From assembly GCA_963726255.1 (NCBI GenBank), contig CAVSBL010000002.1, forward strand, positions 768,001-832,000: a DNA stretch of 64,000 nucleotides, given 5' to 3'. Every line of letters starts with the position of its first letter. Position 1 is the stretch's first letter. Positions 10,370 to 21,621 of the stretch are shown one piece after another. The notes under the pieces were generated by a model that saw only the letters and a program-made list of their open reading frames with translations, was not told where the DNA came from and did no database searches. Origin of the DNA: Candidatus Bathyarchaeota archaeon. GTDB taxonomy: Archaea > Thermoproteota > Bathyarchaeia > 40CM-2-53-6. The position numbers were made by a program, and so were the translations under genes.

Positions 10370-11524
10370 TTGAGAATACTCATCGTTTGGTTCATGTTTC
10401 TCGACACGAGCGTGCATTCATCCAGCGAGGTTAGGGTCTTCGAAGCAATGGCGAGAAAGGGAAATGAGATCTTGTGCGTCCTTCCTGTCGTAAAGGAGAT
10501 GCATATACGTCCCCGGCAGAACTTTACGATGAAACAGATTGCCGTGCGCAAGTTGCTGCCAATTGTCTCCTATCTATATTTCTGCATCAAGGCCTTGCCT
10601 GATTTGCTTGCAAGCTGCAGGTTCGATTCCGTCATCCTGAGTGCGGAAATGCTGCCGTGGATTGTCCCCGTTATCGTCGGACGACGCATCATTGGAGTTA
10701 GAAATGGTTTGACTTACGCAGTTCGCGAACCCGGTCCTCCGGTGGAAATTAGCACAACTCATGCCTACTATCAACTGTTCTACAGGATGCTGATGCTCCG
10801 CTTGTGTCATTTCTGCGATGTAGTGTTCGGAGTCTCTCCTATGCACGCGGCCGAACTCGCGTCAAAGAGTGGTGTTCTCAGTGTTCACCTTTGGCCGCCA
10901 TCCGTCGACGAAAGGAATTTTGACCCCCGACGCCATGCGCAAAGCCGCGGATTGATTCGTGACAAATTGCTAGTCTCGGACAAGTTCGTTTTGATCTACC
11001 ACGGAGTGGTGTCGAACGAAAGGGGGCTCTATGAGCTTTTGCAGGCAATTGGCTTGATCCGTAAACAAGCGCCGGAGGTTGTGTTGTTAATCTTGGGTAC
11101 AGGATACTCCGCAGAAAGATTGCGATCAGTTGCCATAGCTAATGGTCTAGTTGGCAACGTGATTTTCCACGGAAGGGTTCCTTACGAAGAAGTGCCACCG
11201 TTCTTGGCTGCAGCCGACGCGGGAGTCATCCCACTTCCCGTTCAGCCTCAGTGGTCAACCCAGACTCCGATAAAGCTGCTTGAGTACATGGCAATGGAGA
11301 AACCCGTCATACTTACCGAAACTGAGTCACATAGATGGATAATCGGGAAGGAAGGCCACGCCTTCTTCTGCGGAAAAGGCACACCACAAGAACTCGCTAA
11401 CGCCATATTGGAATGCCGCGCCCGTCATGTGGCCCAAATGCGCGATAATGTTGTCTCCAGATTCTCGTCTAAGGCTATCGCCCGTGAAGTCTTGAAGCTT
11501 TTGAGTCACGAACGCGGCAGATGA
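10370..11524 (+). CDS. Glycosyltransferase family 4
   Basis: IYHGVVSNERG, PIKLLEYMAMEKPVI. Confidence 0.9.
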   Translation: MRILIVWFMFLDTSVHSSSEVRVFEAMARKGNEILCVLPVVKEMHIRPRQNFTMKQIAVRKLLPIVSYLYFCIKALPDLLASCRFDSVILSAEMLPWIVPVIVGRRIIGVRNGLTYAVREPGPPVEISTTHAYYQLFYRMLMLRLCHFCDVVFGVSPMHAAELASKSGVLSVHLWPPSVDERNFDPRRHAQSRGLIRDKLLVSDKFVLIYHGVVSNERGLYELLQAIGLIRKQAPEVVLLILGTGYSAERLRSVAIANGLVGNVIFHGRVPYEEVPPFLAAADAGVIPLPVQPQWSTQTPIKLLEYMAMEKPVILTETESHRWIIGKEGHAFFCGKGTPQELANAILECRARHVAQMRDNVVSRFSSKAIAREVLKLLSHERGR

Positions 11525-11557
11525 TCCTCGACTAGACCAAGCCCGAGAGAGTTTCAC

Positions 11558-12727
11558 GTGGACTTCCTTTTGATTTCAGAGAGGGCAACCGATGACCCGA
11601 TCGAATTCTTGATGACCGACCAAATTAGACGCTACACGAAAGCCTTCGAGAACGCACAGCCGTTCTTGATTGTCGGGGGTAAGGTTCATAATGATCGTTG
11701 GCGCGGAACCGGTTTCATCTCTAGAGTTCCATATTTTGCTGTCAGCCGGAAGGGTGTGGCAGAATTCGTTAGTCACTTCATTTATTTTGTATTCCTCGTT
11801 CTTGTCGGAGCACACCTTATCAAGAGAAAACCGAACATACGGTTTGTTACAAACCCGTATGGGCATTATACTCTTGGTACGCTAGCCGTTGTAATAGCGA
11901 GAATCACTGGCAGGAAAGCCGTCGTCCGGGTTGCTAGTTCTGTTAGTGAAATCTCAGCGAGGCCTCAGGTCCAGTTCAAGTTTGCTTATCCGATGTTGGC
12001 GCGTCTAGAACAATTTGCATTTGACCACGCAGATGCAATAGTCAGAATCTCTAAGATGCCACTGGAGCCGAAGTACGATAGAAAGACGTTCTACATTCCG
12101 AATTTGATAATGAAACCGTACGGGTCAATTTCTCGGCGATTTAGAGCGGCTAACTCCGTGCTCTTCGTGGGACGCTTGGAACCGGAAAAAGGACCAGGCG
12201 TTCTAATTGATGCCGCCGGGATACTTCTAGAAAAGCGACGCAAAATCGAGGTCACTATCGTTGGCGAAGGGGGGCTTGAAACCAAGTTACGAACCGATCT
12301 GGAGCGCAAAGGGCTCTCCGGCCACGTAGTTATGGAGGGTTATGTCGCCCGCTCGAGAATTCTAAACATGATGCGTCGTGCGACACTGCTTGTTGTGCCG
12401 TCAATCAGCGAATATGCCCCTAATGTTGTTGTTGAAGCAGCATTCAACGGCCTCCCAGTAGTAGCTACACTATCAGGCGGTGTCGAATACATGATTCAGA
12501 ACCGCCGTACAGGGATCCTTGTGAGTCCAAGAAATCCCCACGCCTTAGCGAATGGTATTGAAGAACTCCTGCGGAACTCCCGCCTCAGGAAGAAAATTGC
12601 TGCTTCGGCCGCCAAACGGGTTAAGAAAGAATTCTCTCCGAAAAGAGCTAGACTGGCAGCTGAGAGAATGCTGAAGCAGTTGTTCAAGGCTGAGCTACGC
12701 ACTGTCCGTCAGGCTTCCGGCAGCTAA
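11558..12727 (+). CDS. Glycosyltransferase family 4
   Basis: FVGRLEPEKG, EYAPNVVVEA (Ex7E). Confidence 0.9.
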   Translation: MDFLLISERATDDPIEFLMTDQIRRYTKAFENAQPFLIVGGKVHNDRWRGTGFISRVPYFAVSRKGVAEFVSHFIYFVFLVLVGAHLIKRKPNIRFVTNPYGHYTLGTLAVVIARITGRKAVVRVASSVSEISARPQVQFKFAYPMLARLEQFAFDHADAIVRISKMPLEPKYDRKTFYIPNLIMKPYGSISRRFRAANSVLFVGRLEPEKGPGVLIDAAGILLEKRRKIEVTIVGEGGLETKLRTDLERKGLSGHVVMEGYVARSRILNMMRRATLLVVPSISEYAPNVVVEAAFNGLPVVATLSGGVEYMIQNRRTGILVSPRNPHALANGIEELLRNSRLRKKIAASAAKRVKKEFSPKRARLAAERMLKQLFKAELRTVRQASGS

Positions 12728-12849
12728 TCCCTCGAAAGGTAAGACAGCGTTTTCTCCTAAGTGGATTCTTCTCCAATCCGTCTTACCACGTCATGCCCAA
12801 GGCTGAGTCTAATCGAATCATTTTGCGTGATCTGCAGCCTCGGTGGAGA

Positions 12850-13995
12850 TTAGCTTTGCAGTACCTGCTCGTAGATTTTTGTTATTTGACGTGCGATCGC
12901 TCCCCAGTCTCCGTATCTCTCCGCGAAAGCCCTAGCCCGTCTCCCCATAGTAATCCGAAGCTGATGGTCAATAACCAACTTTGTAATGCAAGAAGAGAGT
13001 TCGACGATGTTCTTCGGCTTCACGAGGAAACCTGTTTCGCCATGATGCAGAATTTCGGAGGTGCCTCCAACATCGGAAGCGATGACGGGGAGACCGCAAG
13101 CCATCGCCTCCAAGGCGGTCAGGGGCATTCCCTCCGTGAGCGATGGCCTCACCAAAATGTCGCAACTTCTCAAGAACGCAGCGACGTTTGGCACCAACCC
13201 GAGAAAGGTGAAGTGATCTTCGAGTCCTAGCTGCCTAACCCTCGCCATTAGCTGGGCCAGTAAGGGGCCTTCGCCGACAACGCAGAATCGTACCGATGGG
13301 CAAGTATGCACTACATACGCTGCTGCCTCGACGAAATATTGCGGCCCCTTGTTCTGGAGCAGTCTCCCAACGAACGCCACTCGCACCGGTCCGCTACTCT
13401 TTCCCTGCCGTGAACCCGGTTGAAACTCTCGAATGTCGACAGCATTAGGAATCACCGTTACATTCGGATGAGGTGTTCCTAAGGACTCCACATAATGCAT
13501 TACCTCTCCGCTGACCGCAATGACACCGTCGCTCTGATTGAGTACCCACCGGCCCAGCGAATTCTCGTACATGTTGACAAAGAGCCGCAATCCACCTTCG
13601 AGATGCGACGTTGAACCACCGTGCACCGTGGTTATGAGAGGCGTCTTCACGATTCTCTTGGCCAGAGCAGCCGCAATCGTTGTGAAAAAGAAGATGCTGT
13701 TTGCATGAACTATATCAGGGCGTTCGCGTTTGCAAGCTTCCAACAAGGTTGGTAGGAGGGAGAAAGACACCGCGCCCTGGAAGCCTAACCTTGTCAATTC
13801 CACTGTGCGTGCCCTGTACACGCTTATGTCATTAACCGTTTCGCGAGCAGCCACGTGCTGAGTATTCAAAGTGACGACCGCAACCTTATGGCCTAGACGA
13901 GCCAACTCCGATGCCAAGTGAGAAACCGCAACTTCCACGCCACCCCCAGTATGGGGCGGAAAGTAATCTGTAGTTAGGAGAACGTTCATCGACAT
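12850..13995 (-). CDS. Glycosyltransferase family 4
   Basis: FPPHTGGGVE, FVGRLLQNKG, EGMPLTALEAMACG. Confidence 0.93.
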   Translation of the reverse strand: MSMNVLLTTDYFPPHTGGGVEVAVSHLASELARLGHKVAVVTLNTQHVAARETVNDISVYRARTVELTRLGFQGAVSFSLLPTLLEACKRERPDIVHANSIFFFTTIAAALAKRIVKTPLITTVHGGSTSHLEGGLRLFVNMYENSLGRWVLNQSDGVIAVSGEVMHYVESLGTPHPNVTVIPNAVDIREFQPGSRQGKSSGPVRVAFVGRLLQNKGPQYFVEAAAYVVHTCPSVRFCVVGEGPLLAQLMARVRQLGLEDHFTFLGLVPNVAAFLRSCDILVRPSLTEGMPLTALEAMACGLPVIASDVGGTSEILHHGETGFLVKPKNIVELSSCITKLVIDHQLRITMGRRARAFAERYGDWGAIARQITKIYEQVLQS

Positions 13996-14060
13996 CCCGT
14001 CAAGTTGCCTGAATGTAGGGCCGACATCACTCGCGCAATTCTGACCATTTCAAATTAGCT

Positions 14061-14984
14061 CTATGCTCTTCTCGAGAATTCCGAGAGCGCAAAGAGAATC
14101 AAGGCGGTGTTAATCGCCACAAACCCGATTAATGCTAGCGTAGCTGCAGTCAAAGCTGTACCGATAGCGAATTTGTGAATTTCGTTATATCGTTCCAGTA
14201 CCCAAAGCGCCCAGTACGAGCCGATGACAAGAGACACCAACCCAGGCAGTCCGATGAGTAGTAACGCGTGTTTTTCTCCGGCGAATCGTGCGATGAACGC
14301 CAAAACCTCAAGTCCATGGGAAACGGGGTGCTTTGATGGCTTGTCTTCGTAGCGTATCGAGATCGGCACTTCTCCGATCCTTAATCCCTGCTCACCAGCC
14401 TTTATCGCGATTTCGGAACTCACACTCATTCCGGACTCATAGATTCTGATAGCGCCTATCGCTTTTCTCGAGTAAGCCCTAAAGCCGGTCTGCGAATCGG
14501 AGACAGGCCGCGTAGCCACTTGATTAGTGGCCTCGTTAAGGATTCTTAATCCTGCAAGTCTGTACCTGGGAATCTCCTGAGCCCAGCCACGGTCGAACCT
14601 TGACCCGATCACAATGTCGTACTCGCCAGACAAAATAGGTCCGACAACTTTGGGGACGTCCTCGGGATTGTGTTGATCATCCGCATCGATGGTGACCAAA
14701 ATGTCTGCATCCAGGTCTTTCGCCGCTAGAAAGCAGGATTTGACGGCTGCTCCGTAGCCTAGGTTTGTCTCGTGCCTAACCACTATCGCGCCGAGCTTCT
14801 CAGCGATATTTGCAGTGTAATCCTTACTGCCATCGTCGACAACTACAATCTTGTCGGCGTGATGCTGTGCTTTGAGAATTACTTTCGCTATGTTTTTTTC
14901 CTCGTTGTAGGCGGGGATTCCTACTACTATCAACTGTGTCGGTGAGTACACGGGTGACAGGCATCTTAAGTATTGTCTCATCAA
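14061..14984 (-). CDS. DPM1/AglJ-like GT2 (dolichol-phosphate glycosyltransferase) with two C-terminal TM helices
   Basis: IPAYNEE, VDDGSKD, NLGYGAA, IDADDQH, GSRF, DSQTGFRAY. Confidence 0.9.
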   Translation of the reverse strand: MMRQYLRCLSPVYSPTQLIVVGIPAYNEEKNIAKVILKAQHHADKIVVVDDGSKDYTANIAEKLGAIVVRHETNLGYGAAVKSCFLAAKDLDADILVTIDADDQHNPEDVPKVVGPILSGEYDIVIGSRFDRGWAQEIPRYRLAGLRILNEATNQVATRPVSDSQTGFRAYSRKAIGAIRIYESGMSVSSEIAIKAGEQGLRIGEVPISIRYEDKPSKHPVSHGLEVLAFIARFAGEKHALLLIGLPGLVSLVIGSYWALWVLERYNEIHKFAIGTALTAATLALIGFVAINTALILFALSEFSRRA

Positions 14985-15055
14985 TAGAGGAGTCGGGACT
15001 GCAATACCTTAAGCATGTGATTCCTTTCATGTGAGGACCAGTAGGCTCGTGATCC

Positions 15056-16019
15056 ATGAAAGCTCTTGTTACAGGGGGCGCCGGTTTCATCGGCAGCCAC
15101 CTTGTGGAACACCTGCTTTCCGGGGTGGGAAGTAACAGTTCTTGATGATTTCTCTTCCGGAAGAAAAGAGAACCTGGCCGCCGTCTTAAACGACAAGAAT
15201 CTTCGAATAGTGAACGGCAACATCCTCGACGCCGACGCGGTCCGTGATTGCTTGGCTGAAGTCGATACCTGCTTTCACCTCGCCGCGGTAGTGAGCAACA
15301 TCAAATCTCTAGAGAATCCCCGAATGGTGAACGAGGTAAATGTCAGTGGAACGATCAGCATGCTAGAGGGCGCAAGGAAAACAGAGGTTAAGAAATTCGT
15401 CTTTGCGTCGAGTTGCGCAGTCTACGGTGAAGCATCCGCACTACCCGTCAAAGAGGAAAGCCCGCTTGCGCCTAGGACACCGTACGCTGCATCAAAGGCT
15501 GCGGCAGAACAGTATTGCACTGCGTTTTACAGGACGTATGGGTTAGGCGTTACCTGTTTGCGATTTGCCAACGTCTACGGGACCCGGGGGTCAGTGGGAC
15601 CTTACAGCGGAGTAATGGTACAGTTCGCCGAACGCCTCATGAACGACCGTCCTCCTCTGATCTACGGCGATGGTCAACAGACGAGAGACTTTGTCTATTC
15701 GACCGATGTCGCTGAGGCGGCTGTTCTAGCCGCGCAGAATCCAAACTCCACCGGGATGGTACTCAATATCGGAACCGGCGTGGCCACCTCGATCAACGAC
15801 CTTGCGGCCCTCATGGCAAAAATCCTCAAGAAGACGCATCTGGGAGTCCTTAGAGAGGAGCCTAGGCCTGGCGAAATCAAGTTTAGCCAGCTCGAGAACA
15901 CTGCTACTAAACGCATCCTTGGTTTTGAACCTAGAGTTCGGCTTGGCGAAGGAGTTGGAGACTTTCTCAACTGGTATGCGGGACAAACAGAGTCATTGCG
16001 AAAGCGATCCGTGAAATAG
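15056..16019 (+). pseudogene. NAD-dependent nucleotide-sugar epimerase/dehydratase (GalE-like), frameshifted after codon ~22
   Basis: ATG at 15056 gives MKALVTGGAGFIGSHLVEHLLS and then stops; the rest (GWEVTVLDD...YAASK...NVYG) is in the +1 frame from the G4 run 15122-15125. Confidence 0.85.
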
Positions 16020-16091
16020 GAATACGATTTCAGTTCGACGTATCAGTAGTTGGCTTTATTGCTCATCGACGAGTAAATCGGCTGAACTCCG

Positions 16092-17253
16092 ATGCCGGAT
16101 ACCGTCATCATCGCAGGCGCAGACGGATACCTTGGCTGGGCCCTCTCTATGACCCTTGCCTCGCGCGGATACCAAGTTGTAGGCATCGATAATTTCTCCC
16201 GTAGACGTAACGTGGAGGAGATCGGATCGTGGTCGGCCCTACCAATCATCACGATGCCTGAGCGGCTATCCGCGTTCAGTAACTCGCACGGTAAGTCGAT
16301 CGCATTCGTTGCGGGTGACCTAACGAATTATGCCACCGTCCGAGATTTGATAGCGCGCTATAAGCCGACCGCAATCGTTCATTTGGGTGAACAACCCAGC
16401 GCTCCTTATTCGATGATTGATGTAAACCACTGTGTTTACACCCACACGAATAACGTCGTCGGAACGCTGAACATACTTTACGCGATACATGAGACTAGCC
16501 TGGATACGCACCTAGTGAAGCTTGGGACGATGGGTGAGTATGGTACTCCCAACATGGACATACCTGAAGGTTTCTTCGAAATCGAGTACAAGGGCCGCAA
16601 AGACCGTTTGCCATTCCCCCGGATGGCTGGGAGCTGGTACCATTGGACCAAAGTTCACGACAGCGGGAACATAATGTTTGCCTGTAATATTTGGAAATTG
16701 AAATCTACAGACGTAATGCAGGGCGTTGTCTACGGGACCCGAACCGACCTCATCACGTCACCTGAACTTTTCACAAGGTTCGACTTCGACGAAGTCTTCG
16801 GAACTGCAATCAATCGCTTCTGCGCCCAAGCAGTCATCGATTATCCGTTGCTACCGTATGGTAAGGGGCATCAAAAACGGGGATTCATCGCGCTAAGGGA
16901 CTCGATGCAGTGCCTGACGATTGCGGTTGAGAACCCCCCCGGAAAAAAGTGAATACCGAGTCTTCAACCAATTCGATGAAGTGTATTCTGTCGCGGATTT
17001 GGCCGAACGAGTGGAGAGGCATGGGCGTGAACTTGGCCTCAACGTCAAGGTCGACCATATTGACGACCCGAGAATTGAAGCTGAAGAGCACTACTACGAC
17101 CCAGACTCCGCGAACCTCCGCAAACTTGGGTTCAAGCCGACCCACACTCTTGATGATGAGCTGGAGATTATGCTCAAGGACCTGATGACGCACAAGGAAA
17201 GGATACAGGCCAAGCGCGAAAGGATCATGCCAAAACCCTACTGGAAACGGTGA
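16092..17253 (+). pseudogene. agl3: UDP-sulfoquinovose synthase (Agl3/SqdB), frameshifted
   Basis: GADGYLGW, LGEQPSAPYSM, KLGTMGEYGTP, YHWTKVHDS, QGVVYG; C7 run at 16934-16940 where C6 would give NPPEKSEYRVFNQF continuing to 17253. Confidence 0.9.
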
Positions 17254-17377
17254 ACTGTTACGCAGGTAAGATGTCTTGCCGGAATCGACGACTAGTAGCA
17301 GCCGATTGGAGCAGCTTCATTTAGTCGTAATTCATTTCTGAGAATGGTTTATTGTTAGCGTCTCGATTTCCGTCTAC

Positions 17378-18592
17378 TCATTCATAATTGAGCTTCTTTG
17401 CAAGCATTCCGGCTCGCATGTGCAGGCCGTCAACATAAGTGAGATAATTGGCTATCGTGTGTCTCCGCAGCACTCTTTCCCTGCTTCGCCTTCCCATCGC
17501 ACTCGTTTTCTCTGGATGCTTCAACATCCAAATCATTGCATCTGCCAAGGCACGTGCATTTGATAATGGAATCAAGATTCCATTACTCGCATCCACCAGC
17601 CGCCGCGTGAACCCAACATCGGTCGCGATTATGGCATTTCCAGCAGCCATTCCCTCTAGGAGGCTTTGACTGGGATAATTGTCCTCTTCTTGAAGTTGGA
17701 GGTTTATTGAACTTTTGTTGAGCACCTCCGAAGTGTCCCACATAAACTCGTAATGAATCGAAATTCCCTGGAAAGTGCTGAGCCGGTTCGCAACATACTC
17801 ACTGAGGGGACCTGTGCCAAGCAGATGAAATTTGGCTTGCGGACGTTTTTTGTAAGTTCTCTTGATTGCATCAAGAAAGTAATCTGGTCCTTTGAACTTG
17901 TGCAATCGAGTTGCAAAAACGACCGAGTTTGGATCCTTAGGTTCAGGCCTATATCGTTTCGTGTCCACGAAACTGTTGGGTGCGCAAGATACCTTGTGCT
18001 GTGGAACCCGGTTTTGAATCATATAGTCTTGAATTTGGGGGCACAGACAGTCTATCAAGTGATAATTCCGTAAGCAGAATTGAAGGAGTTTCCCGAAAAA
18101 TGACCTCTGATCGTAGTTTCGCCGTTCAATCGAGGCCAAAGATGCTATTTGAATCACTTTCGGAATGGGATGTATGCCGAGGATGTAGACAGCGTCATTA
18201 TGAGCTTGTATGACCCTGAGGCCTTCACTTTTGACAATCCGTGCTATTTGATTGCGGAATCTTAGAAGCGTGAGAAGACGCCCTGCGTCTTCTAGAGTGA
18301 GTGCATTACTCTCCCACCTCTTTCTATCGAGAAGAGACTTAGCTTTCAGTCTGTGCACATTAGGATAATTCCCCAAATTGTACTTGGCCCTGTTCAAACC
18401 TTGGTAGATCTCTTCGGACACCAAGAAGTGATAGCGCGATGGGTGACGTTGGCTCAATGCGCAGAATAGGTTGGCGACTCTCCGTGCCGTACCCGAGATC
18501 ATGGTATCGGTTAAAGCGATACCAACTCTCGCGCAAGAACATTGAGCCGACATAGAGGCTTCATAAGTACTCTTGCTACTTAAGCCGCTCAA
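17378..18592 (-). CDS. Glycosyltransferase family 4
   Basis: FATRLHKFKG, DNYPSQSLLEGMAAG, ATDVG. Confidence 0.85.
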   Translation of the reverse strand: MSGLSSKSTYEASMSAQCSCARVGIALTDTMISGTARRVANLFCALSQRHPSRYHFLVSEEIYQGLNRAKYNLGNYPNVHRLKAKSLLDRKRWESNALTLEDAGRLLTLLRFRNQIARIVKSEGLRVIQAHNDAVYILGIHPIPKVIQIASLASIERRNYDQRSFFGKLLQFCLRNYHLIDCLCPQIQDYMIQNRVPQHKVSCAPNSFVDTKRYRPEPKDPNSVVFATRLHKFKGPDYFLDAIKRTYKKRPQAKFHLLGTGPLSEYVANRLSTFQGISIHYEFMWDTSEVLNKSSINLQLQEEDNYPSQSLLEGMAAGNAIIATDVGFTRRLVDASNGILIPLSNARALADAMIWMLKHPEKTSAMGRRSRERVLRRHTIANYLTYVDGLHMRAGMLAKKLNYE

Positions 18593-18949
18593 ACAACAAT
18601 TAATAGCAAATATCCTCTCTCGTCACGGTCGAGCATTGTTTCTTGAGCTCTTGCGACAAACACTTCCCACAAGTCTGCGAGAAAAGAATTCCCTCACCCT
18701 ACCTTGGAACAAGGATCGGATATAGGCCAAGCGAGAAAGAATAGACTCGAAGCCATACCGGAAACTGTAGGGCTGTTCTCTAGAAAGCGATTTAGGCTTG
18801 CGAGTTGTCCGTTACCCAGGGCTAGTTGCGAGGGGTCAACCAAAAACTGATGTGCTCAGGCCTGAAGGACTGGCAAACTGCGATTCTGAGTTGTGAAATG
18901 CTCTTGGCTCGCTCGGCAGCAAACGTAGAATGAAAAGTGACAAATAGCC

Positions 18950-20356
18950 ATGGTTCTCATGTCCCCTCAGAAAAACATTCCAGCCCAGGCCGCGCGTGTG
19001 AGGTTAAAGTTGCAATTTCTGCGAAACTATGGTGCTCGTTCGTTCAGAGTTGGCGCGCGGATGATTGGCCTCACAATCAACCTAGGTCGATTTTCGCGCC
19101 CGGTGTCAGGCATCAAGGTACGGTTCGTGGCATTTGTGGCATCAATAATGGTGGTTAAGCTCGCCTTAGCCACCCTTACTCCTCTAGGATACGACTTCGT
19201 TCTATACATGTCAGCTATCTTGCGGAATGAAAGTTTCGCCGCATGGTCTCCGTGGATTATCATGACGCGCTATGTTTACCTGTTTTGGCTTTCGCTCCCA
19301 ATTGACCACGGCAATCTCCTCAGGGCGATGCTTGTAGATCCCACTCAATTACTGCCAAGTCACTATTTGCTGGCTGCGCTCGTAAAGACGCCCCTTCTGG
19401 TCAGTGACATGATCGCTACGTTCCTGATATGTAAGCTAGGGACGCGACTAGGTGGCTCTGACGCAATCGGTCGCCGAGCAACCATTCTCTGGGTGGCGAA
19501 TCCTTTCACGACCCTTTTCGTAGAAATGTGGGGCTCCATCGACATCATTCCTGTAACCTTGGCTTTAGCAAGCATCACATTCATAGTTCAAGGTCACGCA
19601 CAGCGCAGCGCGGCCGCTATCGCCGCGGGGATAGCGCTGAAAATAAGCCCAATCGTAACATGGCTAGCATTGACCACCTGGATCCTTGAAAAGAAGATTT
19701 CAAAGGCCGTAATTTTGAATGTGGTGTCGTACGCTCTGGCGGCCGTACTTGGGGTCTTTGGTTATTTCTACTGGCTTAGTCAAGGTCAACTGCTGAACCT
19801 TACAGTTCCGGAGTTTCTCAGTCTCCTAGAGTCGTTTTATTTGTCATCGTACACGCCCGTAACACAAACGTTTGCTGAAAATTTCTCCTTCCCCGACGCC
19901 TATCTCTGGCCGACAATAATGGTGCTCATAGCGTTCTATATGCTGGCCGCGGAAGTCTGGTCTCGGGAGAACAGGGCAATAATCCCCCTCTTACTCTCCG
20001 GTTTACTCCTCTTGTACGGCTTAACAGATCTGTTCCCTACGGCTTTTCTATGGGCGATTCCGCTGGTGGCTCTCTGGCACTCTAGGAATGGTAAGCTGGC
20101 CTTTCCGCTCGTGTTCTACGTTCTGCTGGCCGTTTTCCTGCAAACCTTCTACTATGCACAATTGACGTCGACAGGTTTGAGTTTTCTCTTCATCCCTCGA
20201 AACATAATTCCTATGGGTAAACAACTTGTCGCCGCTGCCGAATCACTATTCCTGAGACAATACCTCAGCCTGCAAATACGCTCCGCACTATCGGGCGCAG
20301 CATTTGCATACGCGACCTGCGTGACGTGGACTTCGCTCCGAAAGGACAGGGATTGA
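18950..20356 (+). CDS. GT-C fold polytopic membrane glycosyltransferase-like protein (GT87/PIG-M-like), copy 1; true start probably downstream
   Basis: VKTPLLVSD, LWVANP, WGSIDIIP, GIALKISP; about 10 TM segments. Confidence 0.7.
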   Translation: MVLMSPQKNIPAQAARVRLKLQFLRNYGARSFRVGARMIGLTINLGRFSRPVSGIKVRFVAFVASIMVVKLALATLTPLGYDFVLYMSAILRNESFAAWSPWIIMTRYVYLFWLSLPIDHGNLLRAMLVDPTQLLPSHYLLAALVKTPLLVSDMIATFLICKLGTRLGGSDAIGRRATILWVANPFTTLFVEMWGSIDIIPVTLALASITFIVQGHAQRSAAAIAAGIALKISPIVTWLALTTWILEKKISKAVILNVVSYALAAVLGVFGYFYWLSQGQLLNLTVPEFLSLLESFYLSSYTPVTQTFAENFSFPDAYLWPTIMVLIAFYMLAAEVWSRENRAIIPLLLSGLLLLYGLTDLFPTAFLWAIPLVALWHSRNGKLAFPLVFYVLLAVFLQTFYYAQLTSTGLSFLFIPRNIIPMGKQLVAAAESLFLRQYLSLQIRSALSGAAFAYATCVTWTSLRKDRD

Positions 20357-20359
20357 TTA

Positions 20360-21616
20360 GTGCCACTAGGTTCGCTAACGTCATCCAAGCGCAGAACCTG
20401 CCTAATCACATCATCAATCGCGGTCAAGGCTGTTCTCATGACCCTTACTCCTATGAGCCTAGATCTCGCCTATCTCATCTCGCAGGTCACTCAACCTTCG
20501 AAGTGGAATCGTACACCTTATGGAAGGATGATGGAATACGTTTTCAAGGCATGGCAGGCCATCCCTGTCGATCACCCACTCCTAGCCACATCGTGGACAG
20601 CTGAGATTTTCCATCCTTCAGCTGGACTCTACCTCCTCGTTTTCATGGAGAAACTCCCGCTACTAATTCTGGACATTGCCGCTGGCTTATTGATCTACGA
20701 AATCCTACTTTCCGAAGGATTAGGTGAGAAGAAAGCAAGCTTAGGGTTCTTTCTCTGGTTTCTGAATCCATACGTCATTCTCGTGAACGAATTTTGGGGC
20801 GCAGTCGACTTGATCCCGACGCTGCTCGTTCTCTCAACCATTTTCCTTCTTCGAGCAAGAAGACCATTGCAAGGTGCTGCGGCGTTCGGAGCGGCCATCG
20901 CCGCAAAATTGTTCCCGGTGCTCCTCTTACCGATCTTCCTCTCGATTGGCAAGCGGAGCAAATTCACATTAGCTTTCGTCACTTCAGCATTTCTTGGCGT
21001 AGGAGCTTATGTCGCCTGGGCTTCATACGCGGGCTTCGATCTAGGGTTACAACTGCACCAATATGACCCCTTCACTCAGTACTTTGATGAATATGCCCTC
21101 TTGACAGGCACTGGAGGGTACATTGGTCTAGCGACGATTGCCCTGGTCGTGACGTATGCATTCTTGGCGGAGAAGTGGCCAAGAGATCGGGAGAGATTCT
21201 ATGAGCCAATGCTGGTAGTCTTTCTCGTGTTCTTTGCATTCAGTAACTGGTTTCCTCAATTCTTGATGTGGATGATACCGCTCCTAATCTTGGACGGAGT
21301 TGTAGGAGAGAAAAAGCGCTGGATTTTCATGTCGGTACTGCTGTCATCTGCTCTCGTCATGAATGTCTTTTCATTTTACCAGTACTTCACGGCCAACGGC
21401 CACGCTTTCTTCTTTATTCCGGCCAACACACCAGCACTGAAACAGGCTGTGGTCAATTACGAATCGCTCGCCGATAATGCCCTCATTGTTACTCTGGCCC
21501 TGCCGATGGCTCGGGCATTATTTACAGTCACTTGCCTCATTTACTCGCTGAAAATCGCCCAAGAACGTACAGGGATTATTTCCGATTTGCTGAGTCTCTT
21601 ACGGAGAAGAATTTGA
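20360..21616 (+). CDS. GT-C fold membrane glycosyltransferase-like protein, copy 2
   Basis: EKLPLLILD, LWFLNP, WGAVDLIP, AAKLFP, FPQFLMW. Confidence 0.75.
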   Translation: MPLGSLTSSKRRTCLITSSIAVKAVLMTLTPMSLDLAYLISQVTQPSKWNRTPYGRMMEYVFKAWQAIPVDHPLLATSWTAEIFHPSAGLYLLVFMEKLPLLILDIAAGLLIYEILLSEGLGEKKASLGFFLWFLNPYVILVNEFWGAVDLIPTLLVLSTIFLLRARRPLQGAAAFGAAIAAKLFPVLLLPIFLSIGKRSKFTLAFVTSAFLGVGAYVAWASYAGFDLGLQLHQYDPFTQYFDEYALLTGTGGYIGLATIALVVTYAFLAEKWPRDRERFYEPMLVVFLVFFAFSNWFPQFLMWMIPLLILDGVVGEKKRWIFMSVLLSSALVMNVFSFYQYFTANGHAFFFIPANTPALKQAVVNYESLADNALIVTLALPMARALFTVTCLIYSLKIAQERTGIISDLLSLLRRRI

Positions 21617-21621
21617 GGGAC

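Noticed and set aside
16943-16952. Classic -1 slippery heptamer A AAA AAG just before the premature stop in agl3
   Set aside because: The conserved C-terminus is in the +1 frame; a -1 slip enters the unrelated 16949 frame
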